A stretch of 32,000 bases of DNA from Ktedonobacterales bacterium. Lineage in GTDB: Bacteria > Chloroflexota > Ktedonobacteria > Ktedonobacterales > JADMIN01. Shown here piece by piece: positions 7,701-16,384 of this stretch. The number at the start of each line of letters is the position of its first letter. Positions within the stretch are counted from its first letter, which is position 1. The notes below the pieces were generated by a model. That model was not told the origin of the DNA. It did not search any database and saw only the letters and a program-made list of their open reading frames with translations. The stretch spans positions 2,250,001 through 2,282,000 of the forward strand of contig CP126532.1 in the NCBI GenBank assembly GCA_030167145.1, read 5' to 3'. The translations under genes and the position numbers were made by a program.

Positions 7701-8441
7701 TCACTCTGCTGGGTAGAGCGCCTGGAATGCGGGAAGCGTGCGCAGCGAATCGAGGTCGGTGTCTTGTTTCGACCACTCGATCAGCGACGGATTCAGCGGC
7801 AGCGCCTGGTGTAGCGCCGAGATGGCGCGCTCTGGCTCAGCGTTGCGCGCGTAGTAGCAGCCGAGGTTGTAGAGCGCATTGGCGTAGGCGGTGGACTGGC
7901 CGAATAGCTCGCCGATGGTCGCTACTGCCGCCTGTTGCTGCGCCTCGGCACGGGCTGTATCGCCGCGCTCGCGATAGAGTTGCGTGTAGTGTTCGGCGGG
8001 ATGCTCGAAGTAGTTGCCGGTGAGCGAGGTGGCGAGTGGCTGCCCGTTGCGCCAGGGATAGCGCTGTGGATCGGTGAGTTCATCATCCGTGAAGCCTGCC
8101 AGCAGGTCAGTGGCTTCGGTGAAGAGACGCTCAGACTCCGCAACCTGGTCGGCCCAGGGGGTTTGCTGCTGCTCCGCGAAGGTGCGCGCGTTGAGCGCCT
8201 CGAAGTCATCTTCGTTGGGCGGTTCCGTGCCGTCTTTTGCCGCCGCCAGCCGGATGACCGACTGCCGCCGCCAGAAATTCAGGTGCGCCAGGTGATCTTT
8301 CACTGCCCAGGCGCTGGCTGTGCCGGTGGCCATGCGCTCTGCTTCGCTGAGCGTGGCGATGAAGTCGCGCTGGTCTGCCGCGCCGCGCTGAATCAGCGCC
8401 ATCAGCTTCGCCCGCATCGTATCGTTCGCGCTTGATCCCAT
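7701..8441 (-). CDS. DinB-like four-helix-bundle domain protein with a C-terminal TPR-like segment
   Basis: 246 aa ORF. The N-terminal part (WAVKDHLAHLNFW...) resembles DinB/ClbS-type bundles. The C-terminal YANALYNLGCYYARNAEPERAISALHQAL..NP is TPR-like. The start (8441 or 8417) is uncertain. Confidence 0.55.
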   Translation of the reverse strand: MGSSANDTMRAKLMALIQRGAADQRDFIATLSEAERMATGTASAWAVKDHLAHLNFWRRQSVIRLAAAKDGTEPPNEDDFEALNARTFAEQQQTPWADQVAESERLFTEATDLLAGFTDDELTDPQRYPWRNGQPLATSLTGNYFEHPAEHYTQLYRERGDTARAEAQQQAAVATIGELFGQSTAYANALYNLGCYYARNAEPERAISALHQALPLNPSLIEWSKQDTDLDSLRTLPAFQALYPAE

Positions 8442-8702
8442 CGGTGTTGCGCTTTCTCTCTCTGCGATCCACGGCGCCCACCGCGCCCGCTCGCCAGCAT
8501 ATCACATCGGCGGCGCTCAGCAGGTCAGAGCCGCAAAGCTATTGGCGCATGTTCTGAATGGGGCTGGCATACGTTGTGGAGATAGAGTACACTGCATCCA
8601 CCCGACGTGCGCCTGGTACGTGGTGGGCTGGGGGACGGCAGCACGTTGGGGCTGAGCAGCGCGGCATTTTCTCGGTACAGGTGGGGTGGAGGACGCTAGC
8701 AT

Positions 8703-10346
8703 ATGCGGAAGAAGACCGTCCTGGTCGGGGTCATCTTGTTTGTGATCGTCGCGCTGCTGGCGCCGCTGGCGCTGGTGCAATGGCAGAGGTATCGCTCGCT
8801 CATCGCGCTGGCTGGCGCTCAGGCGCAAGCGGCTAATCCAATTGTCGCCGAGAACCAACTTCCTGGCACGCGCGATTGGCTGCCTACGAATCCGGTAAGC
8901 TATAGCACGACAACGCACCGTATGGCTGCTATCGAGGGATATGCGACAAAGACGAGTGTGGCCCCTGGCGAGAGTATCGGGTTCGCCGTCAGCACTACGG
9001 CGTCATCGTATCAGGCTGATATCTATCGTCTCGGCTGGTATGGTGGCACGGGCGCGAGGCTGCTCAAAACGGTCGCGCATCTGCCAGGATCGTTCTACGC
9101 GCTGCCGACTATGGATACGTCTACTGGATTAGTCGAGGCGCATTGGCCTGTGACTTTCTCGTTGACCATCCCCGCAAGCTGGACGACCGGTATGTATCTG
9201 GTCAAACTGACCTCGTCGGTGGGTAAGCAATCATACATTCCTTTCACACTGCGCAGCCTCCAGTACGCTGATCTCGCCTTCATCCATGCCAGCAACACCG
9301 AAAATGCCTACAACAGTTGGGGTGGCGCTTCGCTCTATAGCGATGAGACCGGAACATTAGCGGTGGGCCGCGCGTTCAAGGTGTCGTATGATCGCCCGCT
9401 GGCGAATGGCTCGCTCTATCTGCCCGGCAGCGGCAATCTGCTGCTGTGGGAATATCCGATGATTCGGTGGCTGGAGATGCATGGCTACAACGTCAGTTAT
9501 TACAGCGATGTGGATCTCGAAACCAATCCAGGGTTGGCGCTCCAGCATCGGGCGGTGCTGATCGTGGGGCACAGCGAATATTGGAGCAAGGGCATGCGCG
9601 ACGCGATCACGCAGGCCATCAGCCAGGGTATCAGCATCGGCAACTTTGGCGGCAATGACATCTATCGCCAGGTGCGTTTTGAGCCAGAGGTGAGCGGACA
9701 ACATCTGCCGGATCGCGTGGTGGTCTGCTACAAGGACTGGCACTACGATCCGCTGTATGGGAAAGACAATGCGCTGGTCACGGTCGGCTGGCGCGATTTT
9801 CCCGTCGAGCAGCCGGAGCAAGCATTTCTCGGTTCGATGTGGGAGAGTTGGTTTACCGACAAGCTGCCTGGGGCCGCCTGGGTGGTGGCGGATGCCACGA
9901 ACTGGGTCATGAACGGTACGGGCCTACGCAATGGCGATAGCATTCCGGGCATTGTGGGCTACGAATTCGATGCGGTATCGTCCACTGCGCCACAGCCGCC
10001 CGGAGTGGATGTCATTGCCGCCTCGCCCGTTACCGATGATAGTGGCGCGCACGACATCGCGAACACGACGGTCTATACGGCGGCCAGCGGAGCCACGGTC
10101 TTCAATGCGGGAACGATCTGGTGGCCGTGGGGGTTGGATGGCTTCAACCAGGCTGACCATCATACGCGCGTCGTCAGTCCGTACATCCAGCGCATCACGC
10201 AGAATGTGCTGAGCCGGTTTCTGCTGAGCAACCGACTGCGCGTGCCCCACGCCTCCACGCCCACAGTCACACTCACACCGATGAGCGTGCCAAAAGGCTC
10301 GGCCTCGCCTTCGGATCCCACTATGACGCTGGTGTGGGGCTATTGA
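8703..10346 (+). CDS. Membrane-anchored/exported protein of the N,N-dimethylformamidase beta-subunit-like family
   Basis: 547 aa with GGTGGAGGA upstream. N-terminal TM/signal anchor VLVGVILFVIVALLAPLALV. ENQLPGTRDW...IEGYATKTSVAPGESIGFAVSTTASSYQADIYRLGWYGGTGARL and later VGHSEYWSKGMRDA...FGGNDIYRQVRFE match my memory of this family. Not verified by search. Confidence 0.55.
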   Translation: MRKKTVLVGVILFVIVALLAPLALVQWQRYRSLIALAGAQAQAANPIVAENQLPGTRDWLPTNPVSYSTTTHRMAAIEGYATKTSVAPGESIGFAVSTTASSYQADIYRLGWYGGTGARLLKTVAHLPGSFYALPTMDTSTGLVEAHWPVTFSLTIPASWTTGMYLVKLTSSVGKQSYIPFTLRSLQYADLAFIHASNTENAYNSWGGASLYSDETGTLAVGRAFKVSYDRPLANGSLYLPGSGNLLLWEYPMIRWLEMHGYNVSYYSDVDLETNPGLALQHRAVLIVGHSEYWSKGMRDAITQAISQGISIGNFGGNDIYRQVRFEPEVSGQHLPDRVVVCYKDWHYDPLYGKDNALVTVGWRDFPVEQPEQAFLGSMWESWFTDKLPGAAWVVADATNWVMNGTGLRNGDSIPGIVGYEFDAVSSTAPQPPGVDVIAASPVTDDSGAHDIANTTVYTAASGATVFNAGTIWWPWGLDGFNQADHHTRVVSPYIQRITQNVLSRFLLSNRLRVPHASTPTVTLTPMSVPKGSASPSDPTMTLVWGY

Positions 10347-11295
10347 TGCTCGCCGATTCGAGATCTTCCGCTTTCGCATCGGGCTTGGGCGGGCGCGCCA
10401 GCGAGAGGACGATGGATGCGCCCAGGATGGCGACAATCAGCCCCAGCCAGAGCGCGAGCGGGGGATGGTAGAGTTCGGCGACGAGCATTTTGATGCCCAC
10501 CAGCACCAGCACCGCCGACAAGCCATAGCGCAGATAGGCGAAACGGCTGACGGAGCCAGCCAGCAGGAAGTAGAGCGAGCGCAGACCGAGAATCGCGAAG
10601 ACGTTCGAGGTGTAGACGATGAATGGGTCGGTGGTGACGGCGAAGATCGCCGGAATCGAGTCGAGCGCGAAGATGATGTCGGTCGTCTCTACTACCAGCA
10701 GCACGATGAGCAGCGGCGTGATGTAGAGCAGCCCGTGACGCCGCGTGAAGAAGCGCGCCCCCTCGTAGCCGTCGGTGACGGGGAAGATGCGCCGCGCCAG
10801 CCGCACGACGATATTGCGATTCGGGTGGATCTCGCCTTCTTTATGGAAGGCCATGCGCGCGCCGGTGATGACCAGGAACGCGCCGAAGACGTAGAACACC
10901 CAGTCGAAGGTGGAGATCAGCACCGCGCCAAAGGCGATGAGCAGCCCGCGCATCACCAGCGCGCCGAGCACGCCCCAGAGCAGCACGCGCTGCTGGTATG
11001 CGGCGGGGACGGCGAAGGCGGAGAAGATCAGCACGAAGACGAAGATGTTGTCTATGCTGAGCGTCTTCTCGATGATGTAGCCGGTGAAGAACTGTAGGCC
11101 AACGTCGGGTCCGCGCCAGAAGAAAATGAACCCGTTGAAGAGCAGCGCCAGCCCAATCCAGACGGCGCTCCAGATGGCCGCCTCTTTGAATGAGACCACG
11201 TGCGCCTTGCGGTTGATGACGCCGAGGTCGAGGGCCAGCAGACCCAGGACGAAGATATTGAAGGCCACCCATGCGACGAGCGTGCCCGATGCCAT
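10321..11295 (-). CDS. TerC/Alx-family integral membrane protein
   Basis: 324 aa polytopic ORF with the family signature FFTGYIIEKTLSIDNIFVFVLIF and a second ...ALDSIPAIFAVT... repeat. Its 3' end overlaps the convergent gene by 26 nt. Confidence 0.85.
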   Translation of the reverse strand: MASGTLVAWVAFNIFVLGLLALDLGVINRKAHVVSFKEAAIWSAVWIGLALLFNGFIFFWRGPDVGLQFFTGYIIEKTLSIDNIFVFVLIFSAFAVPAAYQQRVLLWGVLGALVMRGLLIAFGAVLISTFDWVFYVFGAFLVITGARMAFHKEGEIHPNRNIVVRLARRIFPVTDGYEGARFFTRRHGLLYITPLLIVLLVVETTDIIFALDSIPAIFAVTTDPFIVYTSNVFAILGLRSLYFLLAGSVSRFAYLRYGLSAVLVLVGIKMLVAELYHPPLALWLGLIVAILGASIVLSLARPPKPDAKAEDLESASINSPTPAS

Positions 11296-11568
11296 CGTGT
11301 CGCTCCAAACTCACTGCGCCAGCAAGCGCGCCACGTGCATGCCTCTCATGCCAGAGCATACGGCATAGAGGATACCAGGATTTCATAGGAGCCGGATGAG
11401 AGTTCCGCGACGGCGCTATACCCCTGACTTGGGCTGTGGTAAAATCGCCGTGGTATGCGCGCGGCGATGCCGCTGCGTGCGACAAAGCGAAGTAGCGGAC
11501 GGAAAGGGGGATGGGGCCGGGTATACGCAGGTACGGGCATGAGCGCGGCTGGCTGGCCCCAGCTTGAT

Positions 11569-12063
11569 ATGGCAGAACAACGCAAGATTCGCGTGCTGGT
11601 GGCGAAGCCGGGCCTGGATGGGCACGACCGTGGGGCGAAGGTGATCGCGCGGGCGCTGCGTGACGCGGGCATGGAAGTGATCTACACCGGTATCCGCCAG
11701 ACGCCGCAAATGATTACCGAAGCGGCGATTCAGGAGGATGTGGACGCGATTCTGATGAGCATTCTCTCCGGCGCGCATATGGCCATCTTCCCCAAAGTGA
11801 TGGAACTCTTGCGCGAGAACGGTGTAGATGACGTGCTGGTGATGGCGGGCGGCATCATCCCCGATGAAGATATTCCGGCCATCGAGGCGATGGGCATCCA
11901 GGGCAACTTTGGCCCTGGCACGCCGATGAGCGCGATCATTGAGTACGTGCGCGCGCATGTCCACTCCGACCGGTTGAGCCAGCAACTCGCGCCGATGAGC
12001 ACGGCGGGCACGGCTATCGAAACACCGGGCACGGGCGATGCGGCGGGGCAGGCGGCGCAGTAG
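11569..12063 (+). CDS. Methylmalonyl-CoA mutase-type cobalamin (B12)-binding small subunit/domain protein
   Basis: ORF 11455..12063. The conserved part starts [41 protein letters not shown] (the DxHxxG B12-binding motif). An alternative start at 11539 cannot be excluded. Confidence 0.85.
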   Translation: MAEQRKIRVLVAKPGLDGHDRGAKVIARALRDAGMEVIYTGIRQTPQMITEAAIQEDVDAILMSILSGAHMAIFPKVMELLRENGVDDVLVMAGGIIPDEDIPAIEAMGIQGNFGPGTPMSAIIEYVRAHVHSDRLSQQLAPMSTAGTAIETPGTGDAAGQAAQ

Positions 12064-12064
12064 C

Positions 12065-13048
12065 ATGGCAGCGACCACATACCTCCCTATTGTCGAGCGG
12101 CTGCTCGCGGGCGACCGGCGGGCGCTGGCGCGGGTCGTCACCCTGATCGAGAACAACGCGCCGGACACACGGCGCATTCTGGCGCAGTTGCACGCCCACG
12201 GCGGACGCGCGCACGTCGTCGGTTTCACCGGCTCGCCAGGGGCGGGCAAGAGCACGCTCGTCACGGCGACGGCGCGCGAGTTGCGCAAGCGCGGCCAGCG
12301 CGTGGGCATCGTGGCGATTGACCCCAGCAGCCCCTTCACCGGCGGCGCGATTCTAGGCGACCGCATCCGCATGATGGAACTGGCCGGTGACCCCAACGTT
12401 TTCATACGCAGCATGGCTAGCCGGGGCAGTCTGGGCGGGCTTGCCGTGGCGACGCGCGATGTGGTGCGCGCGCTGGACGCGGGCGGCTTCGATACGATCA
12501 TCATCGAGACGGTGGGCGCGGGACAGGCCGAGGTGGAGATCGTGCGCGCGGCGCAGACCGTCGTCGTGGTGACGGTTCCCGGCATGGGCGACGACATCCA
12601 GGCGATCAAGGCGGGCATCCTCGAAATCGCCGATGTTTTCGTGGTCAACAAGGCGGACCGCCCCGGAGCGGACCAGACGGCGGCGGAGTTGCGGATGCTG
12701 ATGAGCCTGGACGAGCGCCGGAAAGAGCGCGGCTGGCGCGTGCCCATCGTCAAGACCAGCGCAGCCAGCGGCGAGGGCGTGCCAGAGCTGGTGGATAAGC
12801 TGGCGGAACATATCGCGTGGCTGCGCGAGAGCGGCCAGCTTGCCAGCCGTAGCGGACGCCAGGCGCGCAGCGAGATGCTGGCGCTGCTGCATCAGGCGCT
12901 TCTGGCGAAGATCGAGGCGACGGTCAGCCCCGACGAGTGGCAGCAGTTGATAGACGAAGTAGTAGACCGCCAGCGCGACCCGTACACCGCCGCCGATGAG
13001 ATTGCCCGCCGCATCGGCCTTGCCCCGTCGCTGGGCGGGTGGGAGTGA
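12065..13048 (+). CDS. meaB: MeaB/ArgK-type G3E GTPase (methylmalonyl-CoA mutase chaperone)
   Basis: ORF 12038..13048 trimmed to the ATG at 12065, 1 nt after the upstream TAG. P-loop GSPGAGKSTL, IIETVGAGQAEVEI, VVNKADR. Confidence 0.9.
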   Translation: MAATTYLPIVERLLAGDRRALARVVTLIENNAPDTRRILAQLHAHGGRAHVVGFTGSPGAGKSTLVTATARELRKRGQRVGIVAIDPSSPFTGGAILGDRIRMMELAGDPNVFIRSMASRGSLGGLAVATRDVVRALDAGGFDTIIIETVGAGQAEVEIVRAAQTVVVVTVPGMGDDIQAIKAGILEIADVFVVNKADRPGADQTAAELRMLMSLDERRKERGWRVPIVKTSAASGEGVPELVDKLAEHIAWLRESGQLASRSGRQARSEMLALLHQALLAKIEATVSPDEWQQLIDEVVDRQRDPYTAADEIARRIGLAPSLGGWE

Positions 13049-13052
13049 GCGC

Positions 13053-14363
13053 TCATCCTTGCGGCGGTGCGAGATCCGATTCCGCATGCGGCACTGGCAT
13101 GGGCGCATAGGCCAGCGCCTGACGTAGCCGCATGTGTGCCAGCGCGGGGGCGCGCAGCCGCAGCGTATAGCGCCGCAGACGACGGGGCGCGGTAGCGCGT
13201 GCTTCTTGCTCGCGCCGGAGCAATGCGCGCCCGAAGAGTGGATAGAGCACCGCGCTGAGAATCGCGACGCAGAGGACCGCGCCGTGCGTGCTGGCCTGAA
13301 GTTGTCCCAGGTTGATGCCCACCTGCGCGATGGCGACCATCAGGGTGAGCGGCGCACCCAGCAGCAGCGCGGCGGGCAGCGACGCCCGCCAGGAGAGTCC
13401 CGCCAGGGCGAGCAGCGGCAGCGCCACCAGTCGCACCAACAGCATCGCGATTAGCAGCCCCAGCACCAGCTTGATAGCGTCGCCGCGCAGCAGGTCGGTG
13501 AACCGCAGGCCCATGCCAACGGTAATGAAGAAGATTGGTACGAAGAATCCCTGGCCCATGGTCGTCAGTTTCTTCGTCAGCGTGTTTTGCCCACGGAAGG
13601 CGAAACTGCACACTGCGCCCGCGATGAAGGTTGCCAGGATCTGCTCGACGTGCAACAGCACGGCGATACCCGCGAACGCCAGCATGAAGGCCAGCGCGGC
13701 ACGCACGCCTAGCTCCGTTTCGTCGCGCAGAGCGAAGAGGCGGCGGAATGGCCCCGGATTCTCGCCCGCCGCGCGATTCAGCCAGCGCAGCATGACGTAG
13801 CCGGCCAGCAGCAGCGCGAGCAGTTTGAGGATTGCCAGCGCCAGCGGCCAGCCGACGCCATAGCGGCTTACCAGATCGTAACCAGTGACTTCGAGGATCG
13901 TGAAGAACTCGCCAATTGCGCCAATCACCAGCAAGGTCTGCCCGAAGGGGGTCTGCGCGAGGTTCATTTGCTTGAGCACGACGAGTAGCAGGCTGATCGA
14001 GAGCGCGCCGAGCAGCAGGATGTAGATTGGTGGCAGCCGGAAGAGGACGCCCAGCAAGAACGCGATAGCCTGCAACCCCAGCGCGGCCAGCCCCGAACGC
14101 GCCAACAGCAGCGGGCCACGCCGTTCGAGCAGGGTGAAGTCTATCTCCAGGCCTGCCAGGAAGAGCAGCAGCAGAAAGCCGAACTGCGCCAGTGTGGTGA
14201 TGAAGACGCCGGGATGGTCCGCGCCGGGGAGCAGATTCACCACGAGGATGCCGTAGAGCATCTCGCAGGGAGCGGTAAACCAGCCAATGCGCTCGCTGAC
14301 CAGCGGCACGAGGAACGCGCCCGCCGTCAGCACCAGCAACATCAGCGCCTGCCGATCATTCAC
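13053..14363 (-). CDS. Cation:proton antiporter (CPA2/Kef-like Na+/H+ exchanger family membrane protein)
   Basis: ORF 13053..14468 trimmed to the GTG at 14363, which has GGAAGGAGG 6 nt upstream. About 12 hydrophobic helices. The ...GLEIDF..L... and FFVPIFFITVGM motifs are typical of the Na_H_Exchanger family. Confidence 0.8.
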   Translation of the reverse strand: MNDRQALMLLVLTAGAFLVPLVSERIGWFTAPCEMLYGILVVNLLPGADHPGVFITTLAQFGFLLLLFLAGLEIDFTLLERRGPLLLARSGLAALGLQAIAFLLGVLFRLPPIYILLLGALSISLLLVVLKQMNLAQTPFGQTLLVIGAIGEFFTILEVTGYDLVSRYGVGWPLALAILKLLALLLAGYVMLRWLNRAAGENPGPFRRLFALRDETELGVRAALAFMLAFAGIAVLLHVEQILATFIAGAVCSFAFRGQNTLTKKLTTMGQGFFVPIFFITVGMGLRFTDLLRGDAIKLVLGLLIAMLLVRLVALPLLALAGLSWRASLPAALLLGAPLTLMVAIAQVGINLGQLQASTHGAVLCVAILSAVLYPLFGRALLRREQEARATAPRRLRRYTLRLRAPALAHMRLRQALAYAPMPVPHAESDLAPPQG

Positions 14364-14582
14364 ACGCGCCCTCCTTCCCACATCAACCGGGTTGACAGCA
14401 GCGTAAACCGCCAGCTTAAGAAGCAGATGAGGAACGGCTGAAGGGGAGTTAAGGATTGGGCGCGGCATGTCGCCGCAGATTGCGGGCGCTGCGACTTTTG
14501 TCGCGGCATTCGCAGGCCATGATGCGGCATGCTCTACGGTGAGAAGTCAGGCAATTCATACTGCTGTGGAAAGAAGGCATGT

Positions 14583-14855
14583 ATGCGGTGCGAGGAATGT
14601 GAGGCAACGCTCTGGCAGGCGGGCGAGGTGGCTCCGGCGGGCGTCTATATGCGTGTGGACGACGATACGCACGCGCTGATCCATCTCGATGAAGCGGGGC
14701 CGCTGCCGCCGTCGTTCGACGGCTACATCGCCGTGTATCGCAGCGCGGCGCACCCCTGCGCCTGCCCGGCGCGCACGGGGCAGCCATGCGATGGGCGGGC
14801 GTGCGCTATGGCGCGAAGCGCCACCAGCGCCAGCGATGCGGCGAGTAGCGCATAG
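14583..14855 (+). CDS. Small Cys-rich hypothetical protein (about 90 aa)
   Basis: ORF 14529..14855. The likely start is MRCEECEATLWQ at 14583 (a CxxC knuckle). G/C-rich third positions. No family recognised. Confidence 0.35.
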   Translation: MRCEECEATLWQAGEVAPAGVYMRVDDDTHALIHLDEAGPLPPSFDGYIAVYRSAAHPCACPARTGQPCDGRACAMARSATSASDAASSA

Positions 14856-15158
14856 CAACATCTGGTGGCATACTTTCCGCTGATTCCTGAGCACTAGGGC
14901 GTACCACTTACCGTACTCACCTGATGACAATGCAACGCATGCAATGATACGATGAAGCAAATGTGCGTTTGGTCGTGTGTCCTCATGGACATGCGCGCTG
15001 CGTCTGTTTGGGCGGCAGACCGCCGCAAGGTCGAGGATATTCTGTGAGTGGTCCGTGATGCCAGCGCATACGATTAACTCATCGGCATCGCTATTATAGA
15101 GGAGACGCGGGAACGATTCTTCCCGCATCTGCGGCAAGTATCGGAGGGAGGCGGCCCA

Positions 15159-16331
15159 ATGGCACAGGTGAGCATATCGCGGGAGGAACGCGGCGACATC
15201 CCCGCCACGCCAACGGTGGTCGCACGGCGCACCAGCCAGCGCACCCGCGCCGTCATCTTCGGCGTGCTGGCGGCGGCGGCGCTGGTGCTGCTGATCGCGA
15301 TTGGCTCGCGCGGCTTCCACTGGTTCGACGCGGCGCTGATCGGCTATGCCGTTGCCTCCGTCTTCGCGGTCGCCGCCGTCACCTACAAATACACGTTCTG
15401 GCTGATGCGCCCGCAGACGGGGCGCTACTTCTGGCGTAGCTGGCGGCTCTTCTTCTCGTTCGCGAACTTCCGCCGCTATGCCGCGCTGATTCCCACCGCC
15501 ATCTTCACCGACCTGCTCACGCAGCAATTTATTCGCCGCCGCGCCACCTATCGTTGGGTCACGCACCAGCTTATTTTCTGGGGCGTCGTACTCTCCTGCG
15601 CCATCACCTTCCCGCTCACCTTCGGCTGGCTGCGCTTCACACAGACCACCACTGGCGAGTATCATCTCTGGGTCTTCGGCTTCCAGTTCTTCATCTTTGG
15701 CCCGAACTCCATCCTGGGCTTCCTGATCTACCATGGGCTGGTCATCACTTCGATTCCGCTCTTCATCGGCCTGATTATGGCGTTCCACCGGCGCTTTCAC
15801 GATCTCGCGCTGATCGCCATCCAGCGGTTCCGTTTCGACCTGATGCCGCTAGCGCTGCTCTTCGCCATCGTCTTCACCGGGCTGGCGCTCACCGCAGATA
15901 GCACCTTCTTCGGCGGCGCGTATTACTGGTTCATCTCACTCACGCACGAGGCCGTGGTTGTCTTCTGGCTGATCTCGCTGCCATTCGGCAAGTTTTTCCA
16001 TATCCTCGAGCGGCCCGCTACTGTGGGCATCGAACTCTACTGGCGCACTGGCGAGGATAGCGAACAGCACACCTGCCCGCGCTGCGGCGAGCCATTTGCG
16101 CCGGAACGCTTCATCCGCGACCTGAAGCGCACGACGTATGACATCGGCCAGAACTACGCCGTCACCCCCGCCGCTTCGCAACTGCCCGCTGGTACGCCGC
16201 GTGAGAGCATCCCGCGCGAGCGCGCCGCCAGCGCTATCTGGTGGCAGGATTTCTGCCCAGACTGCAAACGCATCATGCGCGCCGAGGCCAACCTCGCCGC
16301 GCTGGGCCGCGACGGTAATCAATTCTTGTAG
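15159..16331 (+). CDS. Polytopic membrane protein, NarI/DsrM/TcuB-like (putative di-heme quinol-interacting subunit) with a C-terminal CxxC...CxxC zinc-ribbon-like tail
   Basis: 390 aa with GGAGGGAGG upstream and about 7-8 TM helices. Conserved His residues lie in helices (WVTHQLIFWG, LIYHGL, ISLTHEA). The LPFGKFFHILERP motif resembles the PF(S/G)K..H signature of the nitrate-reductase-gamma-like family. Tail: HTCPRCGE...DFCPDCKR. Family call is from memory only. Confidence 0.5.
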   Translation: MAQVSISREERGDIPATPTVVARRTSQRTRAVIFGVLAAAALVLLIAIGSRGFHWFDAALIGYAVASVFAVAAVTYKYTFWLMRPQTGRYFWRSWRLFFSFANFRRYAALIPTAIFTDLLTQQFIRRRATYRWVTHQLIFWGVVLSCAITFPLTFGWLRFTQTTTGEYHLWVFGFQFFIFGPNSILGFLIYHGLVITSIPLFIGLIMAFHRRFHDLALIAIQRFRFDLMPLALLFAIVFTGLALTADSTFFGGAYYWFISLTHEAVVVFWLISLPFGKFFHILERPATVGIELYWRTGEDSEQHTCPRCGEPFAPERFIRDLKRTTYDIGQNYAVTPAASQLPAGTPRESIPRERAASAIWWQDFCPDCKRIMRAEANLAALGRDGNQFL

Positions 16332-16384
16332 ATTGATAAATAGATTGACGAACCGCCTACATCGCCAGGAAGGCCAGGATTCCC

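Noticed and set aside
11296-11450. Looked for a yybP-ykoY (Mn2+) riboswitch upstream of the TerC-family gene (minus strand)
   Set aside because: Only a partial match to the 5' element (GGGGUAUAGCG versus GGGGAGUAGCG). I could not find the conserved 3' half (UUGACAUA...AGACCUUU) or a convincing four-way junction. Not called. An Infernal scan with RF00080 would settle it.
11416-12753. 445-aa minus-strand ORF antisense to the MCM B12 subunit and meaB
   Set aside because: A shadow ORF with an Arg/Ala/Ser-rich composition. The plus-strand genes carry unambiguous family motifs.
14556-15800. 414-aa minus-strand ORF spanning the Cys-rich gene, the leader and the NarI-like gene
   Set aside because: It crosses a lower-GC intergenic region and lies antisense to a well-formed polytopic membrane protein with a strong RBS. 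Its translation is low complexity (Arg/Glu/Asp/Ala-rich).
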